From positions 6,016,001 through 6,080,000 of the forward strand of contig OZ220744.1 in the NCBI GenBank assembly GCA_965116925.1: a DNA stretch of 64,000 bases, given 5' to 3'. Shown here piece by piece: positions 29,677 through 39,124 of this stretch (position 1 is the stretch's first letter; each line of letters begins with the position of its first letter). Source of the stretch: Candidatus Poribacteria bacterium. GTDB lineage: Bacteria > Poribacteria > WGA-4E > PCPOR2b. The notes under the pieces were generated by a model. That model did not search any database, had not been told where the DNA came from, and worked only from the letters and a program-made list of their open reading frames with translations. The position numbers and the translations under genes were made by a program.

Positions 29677-30420
29677 CTACTTCAATCGCAGAATCTCACG
29701 CTGTGCCTCTGACAGAGCATCCATGACATGGTCGCTAAAGACTAAGCTCTGACCACCCCAATCGGGCATGTAGCCAATGCTGTAACAGTAATACAGGGTC
29801 CGGCGTGGACGTTTCGAGGTGTTTACGAACGAGCCGTGTGTCAAAGCTTCGGTGAAGATAATGGCGTCGCCTGCTTTTGCGGGGATGGGTGTCAACACCG
29901 GATTTTCTTCAGGGTGGTTGCCCCAGGGCCTGACAAAGTTGCTCTTGTGCGCCCCCGGAATGACGGCAAAGCAGCCGTCCTCAACATCGCAATCCAGCAA
30001 CGGAAACACAGCTTTGGTCAACGTCGAGACCATTTGACCGTTGCGGCAATGGTACTGACATTTCGGGATGATAGGGGTGCCGTTCATGTGCAGCCCCGTA
30101 TAACCACCACCCCACCGGTAAATTGTGTAGGTATGGTTGAGCCGGTACGGACCGCCGGTCACACCTTCGACAACATCCAATACTTCAGGAAGATCGATCA
30201 ATGGATTGAAAACGGGATCGGCTTCGAGGATATTGGAGATATAGAGTTCCTTTTCTGTCTTTGGTGTGCCGAGGCAGAGCGGCGGCGGATAGTCCTCCGG
30301 CGGCATATCTTCCAAGGGGTTTAATGCCTTGTTGCACGCTTCTACTACAGATTGAGGCACTACATCTTCCAAGACTATGTAGCCTTGCAGGTCAAATAGA
30401 TATTTTTGTTCTTCTGTCAC
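29677..30420 (-). CDS. PhyH family Fe(II)/2OG dioxygenase-like protein with non-canonical HxN
   Basis: FDLQGYIV, IPGAHK, FTEALTHGS, RRTL; LHMNG in place of HxD. Confidence 0.8.
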   Translation of the reverse strand: MTEEQKYLFDLQGYIVLEDVVPQSVVEACNKALNPLEDMPPEDYPPPLCLGTPKTEKELYISNILEADPVFNPLIDLPEVLDVVEGVTGGPYRLNHTYTIYRWGGGYTGLHMNGTPIIPKCQYHCRNGQMVSTLTKAVFPLLDCDVEDGCFAVIPGAHKSNFVRPWGNHPEENPVLTPIPAKAGDAIIFTEALTHGSFVNTSKRPRRTLYYCYSIGYMPDWGGQSLVFSDHVMDALSEAQREILRLK

Positions 30421-30495
30421 TGTCTCCGCCTCCTTAGTTATTGGTTGTTCTGTTTGGAGATTGATTTTGATTTGACAATTTTTTTCCTATGAACG

Positions 30496-31323
30496 CTAGG
30501 GCCACTGCGTTTCAAACGCATCGGTTCCATCACCATATACCAATTTGCCATACGCTTCCCAAAGCGGGAGATTTTGTGAAAGGTGTTCCGCACCCTTCAG
30601 GGCGATTAGGTTCTCCTTCAATTGTGCCGGTGTGGTTGGTGCGGTTAATGCAATGTGGACAGCGGGATGGTGCAGGACGTATTGATAGCAGTCTGCAGCG
30701 GTTGGCACGGTCCCGTCCCAATCTTGATGACCTGTCAGCAGCGATCCCCACCGTGTGCATGTAAATGCAACGACCGGAACGCCAGCGTTAAGTGCTGCAG
30801 GAAGCACCTGTTCTTCCGCGCCTCGATGCGCCATGTTATAGCGGTGCATAAGCACATCAATGCGACCGCTCTCAATGAGCTCTACTGCCATGGGTCGGTT
30901 ATGCGATGTGGCACCGACGTAACGGATGCGCCCCTCTGCTTTCCACCGGTGGAGTTCGTCAAACACACCCCCTGCACCGAGCAGCGTTTCCATGTCATCA
31001 CCAGGAGAGACATACTCTGCGTAGAAGACATCTACTGTGTCCACCTCCAGTTGACGATGCACCTGATCGAGGTAGGAATTCAACGTTTTGAGGTTGCGGG
31101 ATTCGCTTCCCGTTGCCACGACTGTTGACTCTCGATTGTCGCGTAGCACGGATTTCAATTCGTCGATAAGTATGGGATATGACTGATTATAGAAGAAGTA
31201 GTAATTAATACCCGCATCATACGCTGCGGTAACACAGCCTTCCTCCATATTCGGGTTGCCAGCCAGACCGAGTGGCTGTACCGGTTGATTCATCAGGGTT
31301 GTTATCTTGGCGTCTTTTTCCAT
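30496..31323 (-). CDS. Aldo/keto reductase family protein
   Basis: AYDAGINYY, EGRIRYVGATSH, RYN. Confidence 0.8.
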   Translation of the reverse strand: MEKDAKITTLMNQPVQPLGLAGNPNMEEGCVTAAYDAGINYYFFYNQSYPILIDELKSVLRDNRESTVVATGSESRNLKTLNSYLDQVHRQLEVDTVDVFYAEYVSPGDDMETLLGAGGVFDELHRWKAEGRIRYVGATSHNRPMAVELIESGRIDVLMHRYNMAHRGAEEQVLPAALNAGVPVVAFTCTRWGSLLTGHQDWDGTVPTAADCYQYVLHHPAVHIALTAPTTPAQLKENLIALKGAEHLSQNLPLWEAYGKLVYGDGTDAFETQWP

Positions 31324-31374
31324 AGGCTGCTCCCGTGTTTTCTATCTCACAATAGCTTTATATCATACATCTCC

Positions 31375-31402
31375 ATTATATACCTTTGGGATGCTATGTC
31401 AA
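31375..31402 (-). promoter_or_regulatory. Sigma70-like promoter
   Basis: Minus strand TTGACA-16 nt-TATAAT upstream of the aldo/keto reductase. Confidence 0.6.
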
Positions 31403-31542
31403 CCAAAATTTTCTATACATCTACTCGGAGATATGGTAACATGACTCATGCGGGATTGAACGTAGAAAATTAGCGAGTATAGACATGGAGATAGAGAAAC
31501 CGAGTTTTTTTGGCAAAACTCGGTTTCTGTGCCTTGTTCGTA

Positions 31543-33036
31543 TTAAGATGGCAATTCGGAGCGGTCCACCGAACTACTGTCGAGGTCCGAGACATAAAAG
31601 ATCAGCCCAACAAGAAACCAGAAAATCAGCAGTGGTCGTTGGTGAAGAATCTGATCAGCAAGCCCGTAGACAAGGGCAGAAATCAGGAAACCGCTGCCCC
31701 CGATGAACAAGCCAGAGCACCAGAAATCGTCCCTCTTGCGTAAATCAAAAAGCCGACGGAAGATTAGAAAGAGTATTGCTAAAAACAGAATGAGCGATGG
31801 AATCCCCTGTTCAACGGCGATGTGCAGGTAGATGTTATGGGCGTGATACGGTTTGTGATGAATGTCTGCCGGGGCATGTAGTTGGTATTCATAACGAAAC
31901 CTTCCCAAACCGATACCGGTGATAGGATACTTCGCTATCAGTTGGGCGGACGTTCTCCACCATAGGGGACGCTCGCTCATAAAGCCTGATGGGCGTTGGC
32001 GCATGACCTCAAAACGATCTTTGACGGCTTGGGGCATCAAAAAGGGGGATAGGAGCGCGATGACTAGCAATCCCCAGAGCAGTTTCCGCTGAAAGTAGAT
32101 TGCGATATAAATGGTTGCAACGAACACCCCAATCCATGCAGCCCGCGTGAGTGTGAGGGCGAGGTTAGCCCCCATTGTGCACAAGCAGATCCCTAAAACA
32201 GCGATAAGCTTCCAGTTTCGGGGGACGCGCCAACTCGCAACAAAGTAGCCTATCGCTATCGGTAGAACAATTACGAGGTAAGCCCCCAAATCGTTAGGCA
32301 TCTTGAATGTCCCGGCGAGTCGGGGTTCAATCATATAAACTTTGAGTTGCCCCTCGTTTTTTCGGACAGCGTACTTGCGGTCTTGGTTCTTATCCACTAT
32401 CAACCAGTCACCCTGTTTTTTTGAGGGCAAAACAGTCGCATCTTGAGAGAGTCGTCTGCCGTTTTTCTGATAAACTTGCCGCAAATCCTCCGATACCTTA
32501 ACTCCTTCGTTACGGTGGGCTGCGTCGCTGAAATGACTTTCTAACTTCGCTTCCACGTCGAACATATAAGCAGTCCCCATGTGTGTGTCGGTTGCGTAGT
32601 AATATAGACCAAGGAGGGAGGAGAGCCCCCCGGCAAACACAAAGGCGATGATAACGTGACGCCAACGACTACCGAGCCGGCTGTGAACGACTGCATAAAA
32701 CAGTAACACGGCTCGGAGCAATTTCCAGAAATATCCCAGACTGCTTGTCGCTGGATGGGGTGCAAAGAGTGAAGCGATAAGTGCAAGGAGAAGAAAGACA
32801 GCAAGCGGGATATCTAGCGGTGTTTTTTTCCACTCAAATCGACGTTCATGACAGATGCGCCCTACCCACCCAAACAGTACGAGTAACAGGCTTGCGTTCA
32901 ATATTGACGTTGCATAACCGAATGGAAGGACAAGCGCGAAAAGAAGAAAACCAACGTAGATAGCAAGATCAAAACAATCGCTTGGTCGGCGATAGTATTG
33001 GATTGCAATTTGTCGAATTTTGTCTAACATACGCAT
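31543..33036 (-). CDS. O-antigen ligase (WaaL/Wzy_C) family membrane protein
   Basis: RLAGTFKMPN, LTLTRAAW, PITGIG, HAHNIYL...EQG. Confidence 0.85.
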   Translation of the reverse strand: MRMLDKIRQIAIQYYRRPSDCFDLAIYVGFLLFALVLPFGYATSILNASLLLVLFGWVGRICHERRFEWKKTPLDIPLAVFLLLALIASLFAPHPATSSLGYFWKLLRAVLLFYAVVHSRLGSRWRHVIIAFVFAGGLSSLLGLYYYATDTHMGTAYMFDVEAKLESHFSDAAHRNEGVKVSEDLRQVYQKNGRRLSQDATVLPSKKQGDWLIVDKNQDRKYAVRKNEGQLKVYMIEPRLAGTFKMPNDLGAYLVIVLPIAIGYFVASWRVPRNWKLIAVLGICLCTMGANLALTLTRAAWIGVFVATIYIAIYFQRKLLWGLLVIALLSPFLMPQAVKDRFEVMRQRPSGFMSERPLWWRTSAQLIAKYPITGIGLGRFRYEYQLHAPADIHHKPYHAHNIYLHIAVEQGIPSLILFLAILFLIFRRLFDLRKRDDFWCSGLFIGGSGFLISALVYGLADQILHQRPLLIFWFLVGLIFYVSDLDSSSVDRSELPS

Positions 33037-33305
33037 TTTTATTTAGAACTGACCGCCGAGGCGCAGAGGGCACAGAGGAAAATTAGAGGAAGCGAGGGAG
33101 TGAGTATTAGAGGGGGCGAGTATCTTCCACACCTCCACGCCCCCTCGTCTCTACGCTACCTTTCTAAGAAATCTCTGCGTTTCTCCGCGTCTCTGCGGTG
33201 GATTTTAGCTATATTCCCTAATTTATAGTGGTCGTCCGTCCATAAATGTAACATATTAGGTGTCAAAAGAACGAATAAAAACGATTCAACAGCCGGAGGT
33301 ACGTT

Positions 33306-34325
33306 ATGAAGGGATTAAGGTTATTGCCTCTGATTCTTGCTACTGGTTTTCTAGCTTCTGGTGTAGATGCAGAACAGAAGGGAACGATAATTCCCCAATT
33401 ATCCTTTCACTTTGGTGTGAAGCGGAATCCGCCGGGCGATCGTATGCTGCCTCGTGTTTCTCGGCGCATTGTTTTCAATTTAGATGACACCAAAATCATC
33501 TCCAAGTTGGAGGATGGGAGTATAGTGGAGTGGAATTTAGAAACCCGCGAAGAAAAATATATTACTACCACCGAAGACCTATTTTCCTATTCACCGGGTC
33601 AAAATCTGCTCCTCGTCAAAAAAAAGAACGATGATGTTACACTTATCCCTCTAGACACTAATCAGGAAATAGTTCTGACCAGTGGTACATTTGAACACGG
33701 AAGTTTGTCCGCAAACGGGAAATTTGTCGCGTTATCGCGTGGGGATAAGGAGATAGAAATTTGGGAGATAGATCGGAAGCGGCTGCTAAAACACCTGCAC
33801 ACAGTTGAGCCGGTAAGGAACGGCTTAGCAATTTCCCACGATGGTCAGTACGTTGCAGCAGCGGAAGGCACGTACCGAGATGGAGAAGGGCATCGCACAA
33901 ATATTGAGGTGTGGGACATCAAGCAAGATGCCCCGGCGGATTTGATTGATACGGGTATCATCTTGGGTGTGTGGAACCTACATTTTTCTCCTGACAGCTC
34001 AATGCTGGCTGTTGATAGTCAAATAGAGGCGAAGGCGGGGATTCGTGTGTGGGAGAGAAGTACAAAAGAGCAACTATGTCTGATAGACAACTTGGAAGCG
34101 TATTGGGTCCGCGCCCTCACGTTTGCATTAGATGGCAAATACATCGCGCTGGGCGATGAATCAGGAGTGTTAATACTCTCGAATATTAAAGAAGATAGAG
34201 AGGTATTCGCACTGAAAGTCGATACCGGAATTGAATCCCTTGCGTTTTCTCATGATGGGAGATATATGGCAGTTGGACTTTTCGATTCGACGGTTCAAAT
34301 CTGGGAGCTCAAATCCGATCTCTAG
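33306..34325 (+). CDS. Secreted WD40-repeat protein
   Basis: Signal peptide; repeated FS.DG...IW motifs. Confidence 0.8.
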   Translation: MKGLRLLPLILATGFLASGVDAEQKGTIIPQLSFHFGVKRNPPGDRMLPRVSRRIVFNLDDTKIISKLEDGSIVEWNLETREEKYITTTEDLFSYSPGQNLLLVKKKNDDVTLIPLDTNQEIVLTSGTFEHGSLSANGKFVALSRGDKEIEIWEIDRKRLLKHLHTVEPVRNGLAISHDGQYVAAAEGTYRDGEGHRTNIEVWDIKQDAPADLIDTGIILGVWNLHFSPDSSMLAVDSQIEAKAGIRVWERSTKEQLCLIDNLEAYWVRALTFALDGKYIALGDESGVLILSNIKEDREVFALKVDTGIESLAFSHDGRYMAVGLFDSTVQIWELKSDL

Positions 34326-34366
34326 CGTGTTCTATAAATTTTCATGAATTTGGAGGTAAATTTGTT

Positions 34367-34876
34367 ATGGATCCAAAAGGTGATACATCATATACCGATG
34401 CGAAAGGTCGCACCCGTTGGCATCGCAATGACGAAATCGCGAAGAAACTCCAGCAACTTCACGAGATCTTGGTCATCGGCGGCTACGAGGAATCTCATGC
34501 TACACGATATTCACGACTAGCCTACACGATTTCGCGCCATCCAGAATCTATAGAAGCGCTGCATCAAGAAGGACGCTTATCGACAATCTCCGGCGTCGGC
34601 GAAACAATTGCTGAGATTATCGGTGAGTTTATTGAGACAGGCACATGTAACAAGCTGGAGGAATTCGCCGAACACACCCCGAAAACTGTACTGGAGTTGA
34701 CAGCACTTTCCGGAGTCGGTATCAAGACCGCAAAGGCGTTGTACGATGAACTTGGTATTGATAGCCTTGCTGCTCTGGGTCAAGCACTGGATGAAGGTAA
34801 GCTTGAAGGGCGCAAACTCATGACAAAAAAAACGCAGGAGCGGATTCGGCAGCACATCAGCGAAAATCTCAAATAA
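34367..34876 (+). CDS. Helix-hairpin-helix protein equivalent to the PolX N-terminal region
   Basis: NDEIA, ISGVGETIA, LSGVGIKTAKALYDELGIDSL; no polymerase or PHP domain. Confidence 0.75.
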   Translation: MDPKGDTSYTDAKGRTRWHRNDEIAKKLQQLHEILVIGGYEESHATRYSRLAYTISRHPESIEALHQEGRLSTISGVGETIAEIIGEFIETGTCNKLEEFAEHTPKTVLELTALSGVGIKTAKALYDELGIDSLAALGQALDEGKLEGRKLMTKKTQERIRQHISENLK

Positions 34877-34898
34877 CAGCGACAGAGGGGACAAAAAA

Positions 34899-35726
34899 AT
34901 GCAAGGAAAAGATCAATCGTCTCAGCCACCGCCAGAATCTGCCCGCCGACTCACCGGCAAAGTAGCAGCTGTCACCGGTGCAGGTCAGGGGATCGGCAGG
35001 GAAACCGCCTTGCGATTGGCGCGGGAGGGAGCATCGCTCTTTGCTAGCGACATCAAGGAAGATTTGCTAGAGAAGCTGGAGGGTGACCTCAAAGCGACCG
35101 GTGCCACCATCACCACAGGAGTCTTCGATGCCGCCAAAGCGGCGGACGCTGCCCCCTTTGTGCAAGCAGTCATCGGCCAGTACGAACGTATTGATATTAT
35201 GGTCAACAATGCGGGGGGGATACGGACGCAGCCGTTTCCAGATGTTACGGAAGATACGTGGGACTGGACACTCAACCTGAACCTCAAGGGGCCGTATTTT
35301 TACATGCAGGAAGCTGCGAAACCGATGATAGCGCAGAAAAGCGGCACGATTATCAACATTGCCTCGGTGGCTGGAATCGCTGGGGGAATGACCTACTCGC
35401 CACCTTATGCGGCGAGCAAGGCAGCAATCATTAACCTCACCAAGGTGGCTGCCGCCAACCTCGCGGAGCACGGAGTTACGGTCAACGCTGTCGCGCCCGG
35501 CATTGTAGAAACCGCTTTTAACTGGACGCTTGATGACCTGATAGGGGTTCAGCAGATGGGGCTGTCCCCCGGCGAGTTTATGGAGCGTCGCCGTGATTCT
35601 ATACCACTTGGTCGGCTGCAGCAGCCGCAAAACATTGCCAATGTTGTGGCTTTTCTGGCAGGTCCTGATGCTTCCGAGATGACGGGTGAGACGGTTGTCG
35701 TTTCCGGTGGGTTAGTGACACGATGA
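34899..35726 (+). CDS. Short-chain dehydrogenase/reductase
   Basis: TGAGQGIG, NNAG, YAASK. Confidence 0.92.
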   Translation: MQGKDQSSQPPPESARRLTGKVAAVTGAGQGIGRETALRLAREGASLFASDIKEDLLEKLEGDLKATGATITTGVFDAAKAADAAPFVQAVIGQYERIDIMVNNAGGIRTQPFPDVTEDTWDWTLNLNLKGPYFYMQEAAKPMIAQKSGTIINIASVAGIAGGMTYSPPYAASKAAIINLTKVAAANLAEHGVTVNAVAPGIVETAFNWTLDDLIGVQQMGLSPGEFMERRRDSIPLGRLQQPQNIANVVAFLAGPDASEMTGETVVVSGGLVTR

Positions 35727-35744
35727 TCACCTAAAGGAGAAACC

Positions 35745-37502
35745 ATGATCAAAGAATCAGTATTATCAAAACCGCAGTATCAGACAGTTCATGAAAAGAA
35801 TCAAGAAGTTACCATGCGGGACGGCACGGTTCTTCGTGCTAATATCACCCGTCCGAATGTGGAGGGCAAGTTCCCCGTACTCATAGAGCGCACGCCATAC
35901 AATAAGGAGGGTGGATCTGAAAATGGGGTGGGATCGCCCCAATTCTTCGCACAGAGGGGGTATGCTGTCATTATCCAAGACGTGCGCGGCAGGTTCGCTT
36001 CTGACGGTGAATTTTATCCGTTTCGGGACGATGGTGCGGGCATAAACCGCGATGGCTATGACACCGTTGAGTGGGCGGCGGCGCAACCGTGGTCTGACGG
36101 CAATGTAGGGACGATTGGCGGTTCTTATTCTGGAGCCACTCAGTACAGAAACGCACTCAGTCGTCCACCCCACTTACGGGCGATGTTTGTCCGTGAATCC
36201 TCCGCGGACTACTATCAGGAGTGGGTGTATCGAAGCGGTGCGTTTGAGCTCGCGTTCAACATGGCTTGGGCGCATGGAGTGACGTTGACCAATCTTGCAC
36301 ATCTCGCAGAGGGGGAGGAATTTAATCGACAAAAGGGTAGACTCGAAAGGGTTAAGGAAGAGATGGATAGCTGGTATGCACGACTTCCGATCTACCCATG
36401 CCCGTTCTTTGAGGGGTTGAGCGATTGGTTCAACGAGTGGCTTCAACACCCAACGGATGATGGGTACTGGGACGCTTTCAATATGGACAAATTTCACGAT
36501 CAGATGGAAACGCCCATGTACCACCTAGGGGGCTGGTTTGACATCTTCTTGGCGGGAACATTCAAACACTACATGGGTATCAAGGGACGTGGCCGTACAG
36601 AGAAAGCGCGCCAGAGCCAAAAACTGATTGTTGGACCTTGGGTGCACGGTCCTGGGGCTATCAACACCCAATTTGCTGGCGAGTTCGATTTCGGTGTTGG
36701 TGCGGCTAAGGATTTCAACGAATTACGGCTCCCTTGGTTCGATTACTGGCTCAAAGGTATTGACACAGGGATTATGGATACACCGCCGGTACGCATTTTC
36801 GTGATGGGACGTAATGAGTGGCGTGATGAATCTAATTGGCCCCTGCCCGACACGCAGTACACAAACTATTATCTGCACGGTGGACAGAGTAGCTCTATCA
36901 AATCATTGAACGATGGAACACTGTCGCCAACGCCCCCTGAAGGGAGTGAAAATCCGGACAGTTTTGTATACGATCCACTCCAGCCCGTCCCGACCCAAGG
37001 CGGCAACACATTAAATATACCCGGCGGCGTTTATGACCAACGCGAGGTTGAGCAACTATGTCTTACCTTTACGACTGAGCCACTAGCGGAAGAGCTCGAT
37101 GTCACGGGGCCTGTGAAGGCGGTGATATATGGACTGTCTTCTGCGCCGGATACCGATTGGGTTGTGCGGCTCACCGATGTGCATCCGGATGGCTACTCGC
37201 GGCTACTGTGTGACGGCCTCCTCCGAGCTCGATACAGGGATTCTTTTGAGCAGCCTGAGTTGTTGGATATTGGTAAGGTATACAGATATGAGATTGATAT
37301 GTGGGCGACGAGCAACGTTTTCCTACCGGGACATCGGGTGCGTGTGTCGGTCACAAGTAGTTGTTTCCCTCGGTTTGACCGTAATCTCAACACCGGTGGA
37401 TCCATTCACAACGAGGCTGCTGGACAGGTTGCTATTAACACAGTCATGCACGATGAAATGAGACCATCTCATATTGTGCTGCCTGTAATTAAACGAAATT
37501 GA
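35745..37502 (+). CDS. CocE/NonD family serine hydrolase
   Basis: RTPY, QDVRGRF, GGSY, GGWFD, GPWVH, PRFDRN. Confidence 0.9.
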   Translation: MIKESVLSKPQYQTVHEKNQEVTMRDGTVLRANITRPNVEGKFPVLIERTPYNKEGGSENGVGSPQFFAQRGYAVIIQDVRGRFASDGEFYPFRDDGAGINRDGYDTVEWAAAQPWSDGNVGTIGGSYSGATQYRNALSRPPHLRAMFVRESSADYYQEWVYRSGAFELAFNMAWAHGVTLTNLAHLAEGEEFNRQKGRLERVKEEMDSWYARLPIYPCPFFEGLSDWFNEWLQHPTDDGYWDAFNMDKFHDQMETPMYHLGGWFDIFLAGTFKHYMGIKGRGRTEKARQSQKLIVGPWVHGPGAINTQFAGEFDFGVGAAKDFNELRLPWFDYWLKGIDTGIMDTPPVRIFVMGRNEWRDESNWPLPDTQYTNYYLHGGQSSSIKSLNDGTLSPTPPEGSENPDSFVYDPLQPVPTQGGNTLNIPGGVYDQREVEQLCLTFTTEPLAEELDVTGPVKAVIYGLSSAPDTDWVVRLTDVHPDGYSRLLCDGLLRARYRDSFEQPELLDIGKVYRYEIDMWATSNVFLPGHRVRVSVTSSCFPRFDRNLNTGGSIHNEAAGQVAINTVMHDEMRPSHIVLPVIKRN

Positions 37503-37709
37503 AAAGGATTTTGTTGTTGCTGTTGGCGTGGAGGGGCGGGAATTATCTTTGGCTCATGTAAAAAGGAAGTGCAAAATACCGAAAAAAAACGTAGGCGGGG
37601 CATCTTGCCCCGCCTATCCGTGCCAAAACTTAGTTTCTGTTGCACACTTTCTTAGCATGAGCCTTATCTTTTTTCTGGCGAAGCAGGCAGCGATAAATAG
37701 GTTAATTGC

Positions 37710-38861
37710 TCAATCCTCACGAAGGTCTTGAGGGCGTGTCAACTCGTCTGTCAATGCTTCAATAGACTGGCTCAGTACGAGATCTTCTTTCAGTAGCGTT
37801 TCGATTCGTTGGCAGCTTCGCACGACTGTTGATCGACTTTGCCCAAACCCTTGATGGATCTCTTTCAACGAGAGGGCGGTCAACTGACGGGTAAGATACA
37901 TTCCGACTTGTCGAGGGAGTACAAACCGTCTTCCTCGTTTTCGAGAACATAGCTCTGATAAAGTGAGATGGAAATACCTAGCAACAGTTTCCTGAATATG
38001 TTCTAGCGTGATTGTGTCGGGCGCGGGTCGATCCGGGGTTTTATTCTCTAGCACATGATGAGCTGCCTGAAGGGTCAGTGGCGATCCCAAGCGTACCTCT
38101 GCCATTAATCGGTTGAGTGCCCCTTCCAGTTGACGAATGTGCTGTGTCAGATGTTTTGCCAAATAACGGAGCACTTTCAAAGGCACGGGTCCAGAGTCGC
38201 GTTCTTTTAATTTCTGCTTCAGAATTGAAACCCGCAGATCAAATTCCGGCGCACAAATTTCGACGGTATGCCGCTGCGCGAGACTATCGGACGAGTCCCA
38301 AAACTCCTTCAGGAATTGCGGCAAACGATCACAGGTGCATACAAGCTGCTGACCTCGTTCATTTAAGCCGTTAAGTAGATGGAAAAACTCTTCCTGAATT
38401 TTTTGTTCTGGTGATAAAAATTGAATATCGTCAATTAGCAACAGATCTACATGCTTATACTGTTGCCGCAATGCGGCAGCTTTCTGAGGGGTAGCCATGG
38501 ACTGAAGCCATTCACGCATAAATCTCTCTGCTGAAGAGCAGTACACTGTCCGATTCAGATGCCCCTGACGGAATTGGTTCCCAATCGCATGCAACAAATG
38601 AGTTTTACCGAGTCCGACCCCCCCATGTATAATTAATACTCCCTCCATCTCGCCAACCTTATTCATCATACTTTTCGCTGCATCAGACGCTTCTTGATTG
38701 CTTTGCCCAACGACAAACCGGTCAAAGGTCAACGCCGGATTCAGTCCTGAATTGGCAGGTAGACGCGGGGCTGAAGTTGGTATACAAGTTGGTAGTTCGG
38801 ATGGCTTTGATACTAACGGCTGCGGAGAGCGATCATCGCTGTCGCCATTCGAGTGGTTCAT
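37710..38861 (-). CDS. DnaA-like paralog (AAA+ domain plus domain IV, no domain I)
   Basis: TFDRFVVG, GGVGLGKTHLL, LLIDDIQF, QEEFFH, RQLEGAL, PRQVGMYL. Confidence 0.82.
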   Translation of the reverse strand: MNHSNGDSDDRSPQPLVSKPSELPTCIPTSAPRLPANSGLNPALTFDRFVVGQSNQEASDAAKSMMNKVGEMEGVLIIHGGVGLGKTHLLHAIGNQFRQGHLNRTVYCSSAERFMREWLQSMATPQKAAALRQQYKHVDLLLIDDIQFLSPEQKIQEEFFHLLNGLNERGQQLVCTCDRLPQFLKEFWDSSDSLAQRHTVEICAPEFDLRVSILKQKLKERDSGPVPLKVLRYLAKHLTQHIRQLEGALNRLMAEVRLGSPLTLQAAHHVLENKTPDRPAPDTITLEHIQETVARYFHLTLSELCSRKRGRRFVLPRQVGMYLTRQLTALSLKEIHQGFGQSRSTVVRSCQRIETLLKEDLVLSQSIEALTDELTRPQDLRED

Positions 38862-39124
38862 TGCTATTGTCCTACGATTGGAGGTTGAATATTTCTACTG
38901 ATACTAAATCTACATCTAAATGTTACGAAGGCACCTAGGTAGGGGGCGACTGAAATCGCTCGTTCTTTGTAATCTGTAACATCATAGTTGAGGGCTTGTA
39001 TGGGGTCTTGTCGTCCTCTGTCGCAATAGGGATGAGGAGGCAATTCAGGTAGGACTATAGTCTATCAAAAAATCGACATGAGATCAAGCCTTTTTTTCGA
39101 TTTTTTACAACATTTTTTTACTTT

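Noticed and set aside
38862..39124. oriC next to the dnaA-like gene
   Set aside because: No DnaA-box cluster seen and no dnaN/gyrB context
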